The notes under the pieces: generated by a model
Databases searched by the model: none
What the model was told of the DNA's origin: nothing
The model's input: only the letters and a program-made list of their open reading frames with translations
Program-made: the position numbers and the translations under genes
Part shown: one piece after another, positions 25,690 through 33,046 of the stretch
How the letters are laid out: each line of letters begins with the position of its first letter
Numbering within the stretch: the stretch's first letter is position 1
Assembly (NCBI GenBank): GCA_021161565.1
Contig: JAGHAK010000075.1
Location: forward strand, 1 to 41,483
Reading direction: 5' to 3'
Source of the DNA: Elusimicrobiota bacterium
GTDB taxonomy: Bacteria; CG03
Length of the DNA: 41,483 nt

Positions 25690-26483
25690 AGACAATTCCG
25701 TTTGTGAAAGCGCAGGCTTCGGGAAACGATTTCATCGTGTTAAAGGACCGGCTAGATTTGATGAGAAAGAGCACCGTGAAAAAACTATGCGACAGAAAAT
25801 TCGGCATTGGCGCGGACGGGGTTCTTTTTGTTTTTCCCACTGATGTTGCGGATTTCAGATTTGCTATTTTAAATTCCGATGGCAGCCATCCGAAGATGTG
25901 CGGCAATGGCGCGCGGTGCGCGGCTGTTTGGGCGGCAAAATATCTGAAGCCCGGAAAGAAGAATCTGAAAATCGAAACGGATGCCGGAATGATTTCGGCA
26001 AGAGTTTTCAAAAATTCTTCGCGCGTCGAGATTCCCCGACCGAAGCGGTTCAGGGAAAATTTTGCGATTACTGCTGCGGGAAAAGTTTTCAAAGCAAATT
26101 TTGCGGTTGCGGGCGTGCCGCATGCGGTTTTATTTCTCGACAATATACAAAATATCGATGTAGGAAAATTCGGTCGTCTTATCAGATTCCACAGAGAGTT
26201 TGCTCCGGCCGGAGCAAATGTCGATTTTGCGAAGATTTTGAGCCGAACCAGCATAAAAATCCGCACTTATGAGCGCGGCGTCGAGGGGGAAACTCTTTCT
26301 TGCGGGACAGGGGCCACCGCGGCCGCGTACATAGCGAACAGGATTGGTTTGACAGGGAACATTGTGAAAGTTGACACGAGAAGCGGCGAAACTCTGACTG
26401 TCGAGATTTCGGAGGAAAGAACCTTTCTGACCGGTCCCGCGCAGATTGTCTTTGAGGGAAAAGTAAGAGGATTAATAAGGTGA
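25686..26483 (+). CDS. dapF: Diaminopimelate epimerase
   Basis: ASGNDFIV, CGNGARC and SCGTGATA catalytic motifs. ATGA overlap with the lysA stop. Confidence 0.92.
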   Translation: MKTIPFVKAQASGNDFIVLKDRLDLMRKSTVKKLCDRKFGIGADGVLFVFPTDVADFRFAILNSDGSHPKMCGNGARCAAVWAAKYLKPGKKNLKIETDAGMISARVFKNSSRVEIPRPKRFRENFAITAAGKVFKANFAVAGVPHAVLFLDNIQNIDVGKFGRLIRFHREFAPAGANVDFAKILSRTSIKIRTYERGVEGETLSCGTGATAAAYIANRIGLTGNIVKVDTRSGETLTVEISEERTFLTGPAQIVFEGKVRGLIR

Positions 26484-26538
26484 TAAGATGCGGAAGTTTG
26501 CCAGTTTCGCATTGTTGTCTTTTTAACTTATCACCTTA
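26476..26538 (+). promoter_or_regulatory. Intercistronic 12-bp stem-loop between dapF and dapA
   Basis: TAAGGTGATAAG (26476-87) pairs perfectly with CTTATCACCTTA (26527-38). It spans the dapF stop and ends 6 nt before the dapA Shine-Dalgarno (AAGGAGGG). It is followed by an A-run, not a T-run. Confidence 0.3.
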
Positions 26539-26556
26539 AAAAAGGAGGGAAATAAT

Positions 26557-27606
26557 ATGAAATTCGAAGGCGCATGGACGGCGCTTGTGACGCCGTTTAA
26601 GGAAGACGGTTTGATTGACTGGGACGGACTCAAAAAAAATGTCGATTTTCAGGTCAGGGAAGGCATTTCCGGTCTTCTGCCGATGGGAACAACCGGCGAA
26701 TCCCCGACTCTCAGTCATGAAGAACACAATGAAGTCAATAAAAGGGTTTTCGAATTTGCCGGCGGAAGGTGCGGAGTTCTCGCTGGCTGTGGTTCCAATT
26801 CGACGAGCGAATCGATAAAATCCGTCGAAGCCGCGAGAAATGCGGGTATCCGCGCGGCTTTGATAATAGACTGCTATTACAACGGGCCTTCCTCGTTTGA
26901 GTTGAGGACGAGGCATTATGAAGTCATTGCGAAAAAATTCCCCGATGTGAGTTTTGTTCCGTACATCATTCCTGGGAGAACCGGCTGTGAAATGTCCGCG
27001 CATGATCTCGCCTTGCTTGCCGCAAACTGCCCGAATGTTCCGGCTGTGAAGGAAGCGACAGGGAACATCGAAAGAATGGAAATTGAAGGAAGAATTCTGC
27101 CTGCTGATTTTTCCATTCTATCTGGAGACGACGGGATAACTTTCGAAATGATGGCTTCCCCGAAAATCAGGGCGAAAGGGGTCATTTCGGTTATGACGAA
27201 TCTGACGCCTGGAGCAATAAGCCAGATGTGCAGGTTTCTTCTCGAAGGCAAACCCGGCGCCGCAGAGGAAATCCATAAAAAACTGAAACCGCTTTTCGAT
27301 GTTATTACCGTTAAAGTGAAACGGAGTGTTTCCATAAAAGGCATATCTTACGCGGTTGTGGACAAATTTAGGAACCCTGTGCCTATAAAGACGATGATGA
27401 ACGGTCTCGGTTTGCCTGCCGGAGCGATGAGGAATCCTCTCGGTAAAATGACTCCGGCGGGTGTTTTGATTGTGCGCGACGCCCTTAAGACGGTCTGGAA
27501 AATGAGCCCCGAAGTTTTAAAGCCAATCGAAGATTTTTACGGCATCAGTGTCGAAAAGAGATTGAACGACGATTCCGTATGGGAATCTCTTTGCGAAAAA
27601 GTTTGA
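26557..27606 (+). CDS. dapA: 4-hydroxy-tetrahydrodipicolinate synthase (long form, 349 aa)
   Basis: ALVTPF...GLLPMGTTGESPTLS N-terminal signature. The C-terminal part is about 50 aa longer than the roughly 290-aa length I recall as usual. Confidence 0.88.
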   Translation: MKFEGAWTALVTPFKEDGLIDWDGLKKNVDFQVREGISGLLPMGTTGESPTLSHEEHNEVNKRVFEFAGGRCGVLAGCGSNSTSESIKSVEAARNAGIRAALIIDCYYNGPSSFELRTRHYEVIAKKFPDVSFVPYIIPGRTGCEMSAHDLALLAANCPNVPAVKEATGNIERMEIEGRILPADFSILSGDDGITFEMMASPKIRAKGVISVMTNLTPGAISQMCRFLLEGKPGAAEEIHKKLKPLFDVITVKVKRSVSIKGISYAVVDKFRNPVPIKTMMNGLGLPAGAMRNPLGKMTPAGVLIVRDALKTVWKMSPEVLKPIEDFYGISVEKRLNDDSVWESLCEKV

Positions 27607-27623
27607 AGGCAGAAGGGGGTCTG

Positions 27624-28382
27624 ATGCTGAATATTTGTATTTCCGGAGCCGCAGGCAGAATGGGCGCGGCATTGATAGAAGCGAGCAGGGAAAAGGACTG
27701 GATTAGGATTTCCGGTCTTCTGGAAAAAGAAGGCAGTCCCGAAATAGGGCGCATTGTTTCGGGAGTGGAAATTGTTTCGGATGTAAAAAAAGCGGTTGAC
27801 GGATGTGACTGCTTTATAGAATTCACGACCCCTTCCGCCACGCTAAGTCACATCTCCGAAATCGATGTTCCCGCTGTTGTCGGCACGACGGGCTTTACGT
27901 TTGAGGGAACGAAAAAACTCGGAAAACTGTCGGAAAAAATTCCGATTGTTTTTTCGCCCAATATGAGTCTGGGAGTGAATCTGCTTTTTTCGTTGGTGAA
28001 AACAGCAGGGAGAAAACTTTCGGGATATGATATCGAGATTGTCGAGGCGCACCACAACAGAAAAAAAGACGCCCCCAGCGGCACCGCCCGCAGAATAGCC
28101 GAGATACTGAAAGAACTGGGAGATTATGAATTAGTCCACGGCAGAAACGGCAATATAGGAGCGAGAAAGAAAAACGAAATCGGAATACACGCTGTCCGCG
28201 CGGGAGACATTGTCGGCGAGCACACTGTGATTTTTGCCGGTGCAGGAGAATGTTTTGAACTTTCTCACAGGGCTTATTCGAGGAGTTGTTTCGCCGAAGG
28301 CGCTCTTTTGGCGGCGAAGTGGGTCGCTTCCGCCCGCCAGCCAGGGCTCTACACAATGGCGGATGTGCTGGAAATAGAATAA
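27624..28382 (+). CDS. dapB: 4-hydroxy-tetrahydrodipicolinate reductase
   Basis: ISGAAGRMG nucleotide-binding motif and EAHHNRKKDAPSGTA signature. Start at ATG 27624 behind AAGGGGG. Confidence 0.92.
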   Translation: MLNICISGAAGRMGAALIEASREKDWIRISGLLEKEGSPEIGRIVSGVEIVSDVKKAVDGCDCFIEFTTPSATLSHISEIDVPAVVGTTGFTFEGTKKLGKLSEKIPIVFSPNMSLGVNLLFSLVKTAGRKLSGYDIEIVEAHHNRKKDAPSGTARRIAEILKELGDYELVHGRNGNIGARKKNEIGIHAVRAGDIVGEHTVIFAGAGECFELSHRAYSRSCFAEGALLAAKWVASARQPGLYTMADVLEIE

Positions 28383-28483
28383 AGAGGAAAGACGCATTCG
28401 CTTATTCAGACTGGTGAGTGGATTGAAGGGATAAAAGAGGAGTATATCCGCCCAGCAAAATGCGGGCTTGACAAAAGCAAACA

Positions 28484-31366
28484 GTGGCCGTCGGCATAAA
28501 TCCTGTCAGGGATTCTTCTTCTTCGGGCAGGGCTTATATAATTTCAAGACTTTTCGAAAAACGGGGAAAACTTTTTGTCATATCCGAAAGTTCCGATGAT
28601 GCGGAGATTCTGGTCTCGGATTTGTCCGCTTTTGGCGTTCCTTTCATCCGTTTTTCCCGGAGAAACGAAAATCTCGCGGAAACCCTGCTTTTTCTAAACA
28701 GAGGCGAAGACGGAATAATCGTTGCTGATAGAGATTCACGAGTTATCAGAGTAAAAACGCCGGAGCAATTCGCGAAGAGCGTTTTTGTAGAAAAAGGCGC
28801 AGATTTTTCCCCACAGACTCTTGCCGCAGAACTTTCCGGCTCCGGGTTTGAAAAATCGGATTTTGTTTTCGAGCGGGGAAAATTTTCTCTTCGGGGGTCG
28901 GTCCTGGATTTCTGGGATTTTGTCTCGCCTCGGCCTGTCAGAGTCAATTTTGGAATTTCGAAAATAAAGAAGATAAAATTTTTCGACCCGGACAGCCAGA
29001 TTTCGGACAGAAATACCGACAGAGTTTTCATTTTCAAAAATCCGCTCGGCAAGAGAGCGATTTTATCGTTTTTGCCGGATAGTTTTGCGCTTGTTTTTCC
29101 CGATACGGTGGATATAAAAGAGAAGAAATTCGAAAAATTCGTCTTTACGCCTTCGGGAGAAGATTTTTTCATCCGCCGCGCAGCGGTTTATAACGGGAAT
29201 GTGGAGATTTTTCTGAATGACCTGCGCAATTTTGAGAAGAACGGATTTGAGGTTTCCATTTTCTGCGAAAGTCCCGAATCGAAGGATTATCTCGAGGGTA
29301 TCATTTCGTCCCAAATTTCTCTTAAAGTCATCTATTTTATCAAACCTTTTTCAGGCGGTATCGTTGACTGGCGAAACAGGAAAGCTTATTTGAAAAGTAG
29401 CGAGATTTTCGGATTCGGCGCGAAACTGAAAGAAGTTGAAAAAATTGCCCGAAGGAAGATTCCTCCAGGCGACCTTCTTTACAAAAAGGGGGATTTTATC
29501 GTTCATTCCGATTACGGAATCGGTGAATTCCGGAAATTGAGCCGTTTTGAAATAAAAGGCAAGTTCGTGGATTATATCACGATAAAATACGCCGACGGTA
29601 TCGCGCATATTCCACTTGAGGAATTTTCCAAACTTCACAGATACAAATCTTCGCCGGGCGTAAAGCCCGCGTTGTCCCGTCTCTCGACGAGGGATTTTGA
29701 GGCGAAAAAAAGAAAAATTTCGAAGGAAACAATGAAAATCGCCGCGGAAATCCTCAAGGTCAACGCAAAAAGAAAAAAGATCGACGGAATTGCCTTTACC
29801 CCCTCTCCGGCCGAAAAGGCTTTTGCGGGGCAGTTCCCCTATGACGAGACATCCGATCAGAGGGAAGCGATAAGAAGAATTTTGAGCGAAATGGAAAAGC
29901 CCCATCCGATGGACCATCTTCTCTGCGGCGATGTCGCCTTCGGCAAGACGGAAGTGGCGATGCGCGCGGCTTTCAGAGCCTGCTGGAACGGATATCAGGT
30001 TCTCTGCGTTGTTCCCACCACTGTTCTCGCCCAGCAGCATTTTTTTGTTTTCAAAGAAAGGTTTAAGAATTTTCCCATCGAAATAGATGCTCTTTCGAGA
30101 TTTACGAGAAAAGAGAGAGACAGAATCATTAGGGATGTCGCTAATGGAAAAACAGACATTCTCATAGCGACTCACGCCGCTTTCGGAAAAGAGGTGCGGT
30201 TTCCCAAATTGGGACTTTTGATTATAGACGAGGAGCACCGCTTCGGAGTCAGGCAGAAAGAGGAGATAAAGAAAAAATATCCAGCGGTGGATGTTTTGTC
30301 GATGTCCGCCACGCCCATTCCCCGAACGCTTTCGATGGCGCTTTCCAGAATTCTTTCGCTTTCGATTATAGAGACCCCTCCGGTGGGCAGGGTAAAAACG
30401 CAGACCTATGTCGGCAGGTATAAACCGGCAATCGCGAGGGAAGCGATTATGCGGGAGATACATCGCGGCGGTCAGGTCTATTATGTTTTCAACAGAATTT
30501 CCGTTTTGAAAGAGGTTTGCGGGGAACTGAAAAAAATGTTTCCGCATCTGTTGATAGAAATAGCCCATGCGAAAATGTCCGCAGAGAAACTTTCCCGGAA
30601 AATGCTTGATTTTGCGGCGGGAAAATTCGATATTCTTCTCACCACCTTGATCATACAGTCGGGTTTGGATATTCCGTCGGTAAACACTCTTATCGTTCGC
30701 GGCGCGGAGCTTCTGGGCCTGGCACAGATGTATCAGCTGAGGGGCAGAATAGGAAGGGGCATGAGAAAGGCTTATTGTTATTTTTTTTATGGCGACCTCG
30801 TGCCGACAGCAAGGAAAAGAATAGAGTTTTTCCAGGAATTTGACGACCTGTCGTCGGGTTTTCGCCTCGCGATGAGGGACCTCGAAATGAGGGGAGCGGG
30901 CAACATTCTCGGACCGCAACAGCACGGCTATATTAAGCAGATAGGAGAAGAACTTTATTTCACGCTTCTCGAAAAAGCCATAAGCAAACTGAAGGGAATT
31001 CCGCAGCCAAGGCGCTGCGAGTTAAAGTTCATCACAGGAGGCAGATTCATTCCGCAGCAATATGTGGAAAGTCAGGATGAAAGATTCCGTTTGTATATTC
31101 GTCTTTCGAGAATAACGACCGAAACCGCTTTGCTGGAGTTCGAAGATGAACTCAAAGACAGATTCGGAAACCTGCCGCCGCCTGTCGCTGAACTCATAGA
31201 CGCGACCCGGCTCGGGATTGTCGCGCGGACAGCAGGCATTTTTCGGATAGAAGAAGCGCCGAATGGTTTTATACTGGAAAAGGCGGGTGGTTCTTTGCCT
31301 TTTCGCTTTTTCGCAGGGAGCGTTCGGGAACTGACGGAAAAAATAAAAAAAGACAAAAGAAAGTAA
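28484..31366 (+). CDS. mfd: Transcription-repair coupling factor (short N-terminus, 960 aa)
   Basis: CarD/RID-like GDFIVHSDYGIGEF and SF2 helicase motifs (GDVAFGKTEVAMRA, DEEHRFGV, QLRGRIGRG). The GTG start has no Shine-Dalgarno, so the start is uncertain. Confidence 0.88.
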   Translation: MAVGINPVRDSSSSGRAYIISRLFEKRGKLFVISESSDDAEILVSDLSAFGVPFIRFSRRNENLAETLLFLNRGEDGIIVADRDSRVIRVKTPEQFAKSVFVEKGADFSPQTLAAELSGSGFEKSDFVFERGKFSLRGSVLDFWDFVSPRPVRVNFGISKIKKIKFFDPDSQISDRNTDRVFIFKNPLGKRAILSFLPDSFALVFPDTVDIKEKKFEKFVFTPSGEDFFIRRAAVYNGNVEIFLNDLRNFEKNGFEVSIFCESPESKDYLEGIISSQISLKVIYFIKPFSGGIVDWRNRKAYLKSSEIFGFGAKLKEVEKIARRKIPPGDLLYKKGDFIVHSDYGIGEFRKLSRFEIKGKFVDYITIKYADGIAHIPLEEFSKLHRYKSSPGVKPALSRLSTRDFEAKKRKISKETMKIAAEILKVNAKRKKIDGIAFTPSPAEKAFAGQFPYDETSDQREAIRRILSEMEKPHPMDHLLCGDVAFGKTEVAMRAAFRACWNGYQVLCVVPTTVLAQQHFFVFKERFKNFPIEIDALSRFTRKERDRIIRDVANGKTDILIATHAAFGKEVRFPKLGLLIIDEEHRFGVRQKEEIKKKYPAVDVLSMSATPIPRTLSMALSRILSLSIIETPPVGRVKTQTYVGRYKPAIAREAIMREIHRGGQVYYVFNRISVLKEVCGELKKMFPHLLIEIAHAKMSAEKLSRKMLDFAAGKFDILLTTLIIQSGLDIPSVNTLIVRGAELLGLAQMYQLRGRIGRGMRKAYCYFFYGDLVPTARKRIEFFQEFDDLSSGFRLAMRDLEMRGAGNILGPQQHGYIKQIGEELYFTLLEKAISKLKGIPQPRRCELKFITGGRFIPQQYVESQDERFRLYIRLSRITTETALLEFEDELKDRFGNLPPPVAELIDATRLGIVARTAGIFRIEEAPNGFILEKAGGSLPFRFFAGSVRELTEKIKKDKRK

Positions 31367-31389
31367 ATTAACGCATCGCAAACAAACTA

Positions 31390-31483
31390 TTGACAAAAGA
31401 AAACAAAATTTGTAACTTGACAAAAGAAAGCAAAGGAAAATTCTTGGTAAGAATAGAAATTGCCTATTGACAAAAGAAAGCAA
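31390..31483 (+). repeat. Three direct copies of a 17-bp motif TTGACAAAAGAAA(A/G)CAA
   Basis: Copies lie at 31390-406, 31417-433 and 31467-483, with one mismatch in copy 1. Spacers are 10 and 33 nt. The second spacer contains the palindrome ATTCTTggtAAGAAT (31440-54). Confidence 0.85.
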
Positions 31484-31495
31484 TAGATGTAAAAT
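31467..31495 (+). promoter_or_regulatory. Near-consensus sigma70 promoter formed by repeat copy 3
   Basis: TTGACA (31467-72), a 17-nt spacer, then TAAAAT (31490-95). The predicted start site is about 31502, which coincides with the first possible start codon (GTG 31502). Confidence 0.55.
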
Positions 31496-31501
31496 CATAA
31501 A

Positions 31502-31849
31502 GTGAGCGAAAAGATGCAAAAAGAGATAATGAATGTTTCGGAACTTGCCGTATATCTCGGCGTCAGCCGGTCCAAGATTTATAAATTGATAAGGGAAAAG
31601 AAAATTCCTGCCTCGAAAATAGGGAGGCAGTATAAATTTTCAAAGCAGGTTGTCGACGCATGGTTGAAAGAAAACATAATCACGGCTCCATCGCCGATGC
31701 CGTTGTTTCAGAAAAAAAAATCCGAAGATACCTATCGGCCGATAGGTAAGAAAGGAGGTGAGGAAAATGGCAGTGAAGAAAAAGGCAAAGAAGAAGGTGG
31801 CAAAGAAAAAAACAGCCAAGAAGAAGGTAGCGAAGAAAAAAGTCGCTAA
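31502..31849 (+). CDS. Excisionase-family (MerR-like) helix-turn-helix DNA-binding protein with acidic low-complexity tail
   Basis: MNVSELAVYLGVSRSKIYKLIREKKIPASKIGRQYKFSKQVVDAWL is a typical excisionase-type HTH. The start may be GTG 31502, ATG 31514 or ATG 31529. The tail (GEENGSEEKGKEEGG...) lies in a polypurine tract. Confidence 0.75.
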   Translation: MSEKMQKEIMNVSELAVYLGVSRSKIYKLIREKKIPASKIGRQYKFSKQVVDAWLKENIITAPSPMPLFQKKKSEDTYRPIGKKGGEENGSEEKGKEEGGKEKNSQEEGSEEKSR

Positions 31850-31886
31850 GAAAAAGACAGCAAAGAAAAAGAAAAAGAAGAAGTAA
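31767..31886 (+). CDS. 39-aa lysine-rich peptide MAVKKKAKKKVAKKKTAKKKVAKKKVAKKKTAKKKKKKK (not in the ORF track)
   Basis: I hand-translated this. AAGGAGGTG lies 6 nt upstream of ATG 31767. The frame is bounded upstream by TAG 31743-45 and ends at TAA 31884-86. It overlaps the HTH ORF tail in the +1 frame. Confidence 0.5.
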   Translation: MAVKKKAKKKVAKKKTAKKKVAKKKVAKKKTAKKKKKKK

Positions 31887-31898
31887 GGAGGTTGAGCC

Positions 31899-32195
31899 AT
31901 GGCTCAGAAATTGGTTAAACTCGGCTTGAAGAGAGTAAAGAACACTCTCTATTACATCGGCAAAGATGGCAATGTTTGGGCAGCGCCTATGGCGAGAGCC
32001 GGAAAGAAGGGCGGTAAAGCCAAAAAAGTCGCCGATGCCGGTGTGAAGAAAGAATCTGGCTATCTCTACTTCCTTGACAAGGACGGAGATGTGGCGAGAG
32101 CCAAGATGGCGCGCGGCGGAAAAAAGAAAAAGAAAGCCGCGAAGAAAAAGAAGAAAGCACCCAAGAAGAAAGCCAAGAAGAAGAAAAAGAGATAA
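31899..32195 (+). CDS. 98-aa basic protein with an internal duplication and poly-Lys tail
   Basis: AAGGAGG lies 7 nt upstream of the ATG. The two repeats are LYYIGKDGNVWAAPMARAGKKGGK and LYFLDKDGDVARAKMARGGKKKKK. The tail is KAAKKKKKAPKKKAKKKKKR. Confidence 0.8.
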   Translation: MAQKLVKLGLKRVKNTLYYIGKDGNVWAAPMARAGKKGGKAKKVADAGVKKESGYLYFLDKDGDVARAKMARGGKKKKKAAKKKKKAPKKKAKKKKKR

Positions 32196-32216
32196 CTGAA
32201 AAGGTTGTTTCTTTTT

Positions 32217-32255
32217 ATCCCGCCCCCGATTTTATCGGGAGCGGGATTTTTTTTA
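32217..32255. terminator. Bidirectional intrinsic terminator shared by convergent genes
   Basis: ATCCCGCCCCCGAT (32217-30) pairs with ATCGGGAGCGGGAT (32234-47) with one mismatch. A T-run follows at 32247-54. A T-rich stretch (CTTTTT, 32211-16) lies on the 5' side. On the minus strand that stretch reads as A residues after the hairpin, so a minus-strand U-tract is not evident. Confidence 0.8.
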
Positions 32256-32966
32256 TGCCTGTTTGAAAATTTCGGCAGGCGCGAGTTTTTGTTTTGCGTT
32301 TGCGAGAAGTTTCAAAATTTTCCGTCTTTTTGGGGGCGTAAGTTTTTTGACCGCTCCGGGGCGAATCGCAATTTCATCGAGCAGTTTGTAGGGAGCCCCG
32401 ATTTCTTTTTCGTCCGTCTGTCCCTTCCACAGCCCCGCTGACGGAGGCTTTTCGACGATTTTTTTCGGAATCTTTAGTTTTTTGGCGAGGTCTATTACTT
32501 CATTTTTGGTTAAATTTCCGAGGGGAATAATATCGCTTGCTCCGTCGCCAAATTTTGTGAAGTATCCGAGTTTCAGTTCCGTTTTATTGGAAGTTCCGCA
32601 GACAAGGCAGTTGTTCGCGTTGGCGAAAAAATACAGAACCGCCATTCTGAGACGCGGTTTTATGTTTGCCAGGGCAATCTTGTTTTTTGTTTTTCCGACC
32701 GCTTTTTTGAATTCTCTGTAAACGCCGTCAAGCCGGACGATTTTGTATGGCATTCCCAATTGTTTCGCCAGAAAAACAGCGTCTTTTTTGTCGGCTGCCG
32801 CCGATTCGCAGGGCATAATCAGAGCAAGCGCGTTTTTTCCCACCGCTTTTTTTATCAGCGCAGCAGTGACAGCCGAGTCTACGCCGCCGCTCAGTCCCAC
32901 GACAAAGCCCCGCGCTCCGCTTGCCTTAAGTTTTTTTCTCAGCCATGAGACAATTTTTCTTTCCAT
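32253..32966 (-). CDS. nadE: NH3-dependent NAD+ synthetase
   Basis: PP-loop GFVVGLSGGVDSAV and an overall NadE-like sequence. Confidence 0.85.
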   Translation of the reverse strand: MERKIVSWLRKKLKASGARGFVVGLSGGVDSAVTAALIKKAVGKNALALIMPCESAAADKKDAVFLAKQLGMPYKIVRLDGVYREFKKAVGKTKNKIALANIKPRLRMAVLYFFANANNCLVCGTSNKTELKLGYFTKFGDGASDIIPLGNLTKNEVIDLAKKLKIPKKIVEKPPSAGLWKGQTDEKEIGAPYKLLDEIAIRPGAVKKLTPPKRRKILKLLANAKQKLAPAEIFKQA

Positions 32967-33046
32967 TTTATTACCCCTTTATTCCATCGCGGAATTTTGA
33001 TAGAATTATAGCAAAGGGAGTCTGTTTATTTCAATGGGAGTTTTCA

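Noticed and set aside
29351-30925. 524-aa minus-strand ORF inside mfd, and 311-aa ORF 21270..22205 opposite queE/recA.
   Set aside because: The plus-strand genes carry unambiguous Mfd, QueE and RecA motifs. The antisense translations are Arg/Phe-rich with no recognisable domains.
31390-31483. The three 17-bp direct repeats as a mini CRISPR array.
   Set aside because: There are only three copies of a 17-nt unit that contains a TTGACA -35 box. The spacers are unequal (10 and 33 nt). There are no cas genes in the window, and the repeats sit exactly at a promoter.
31743-31886. Programmed +1 frameshift fusing the HTH domain to the poly-lysine tail, stimulated by the internal AAGGAGG.
   Set aside because: The lysine frame is closed by TAG at 31743-45 just upstream. 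I see no slippery site or in-frame stop as in prfB-type shifting. The Shine-Dalgarno-to-ATG spacing fits ordinary initiation. I kept it as two overlapping ORFs.
31640-31900. 86-aa minus-strand ORF encoding poly-Phe.
   Set aside because: It is the complement of the polypurine (Lys/Glu-coding) tract and an artefact of composition.
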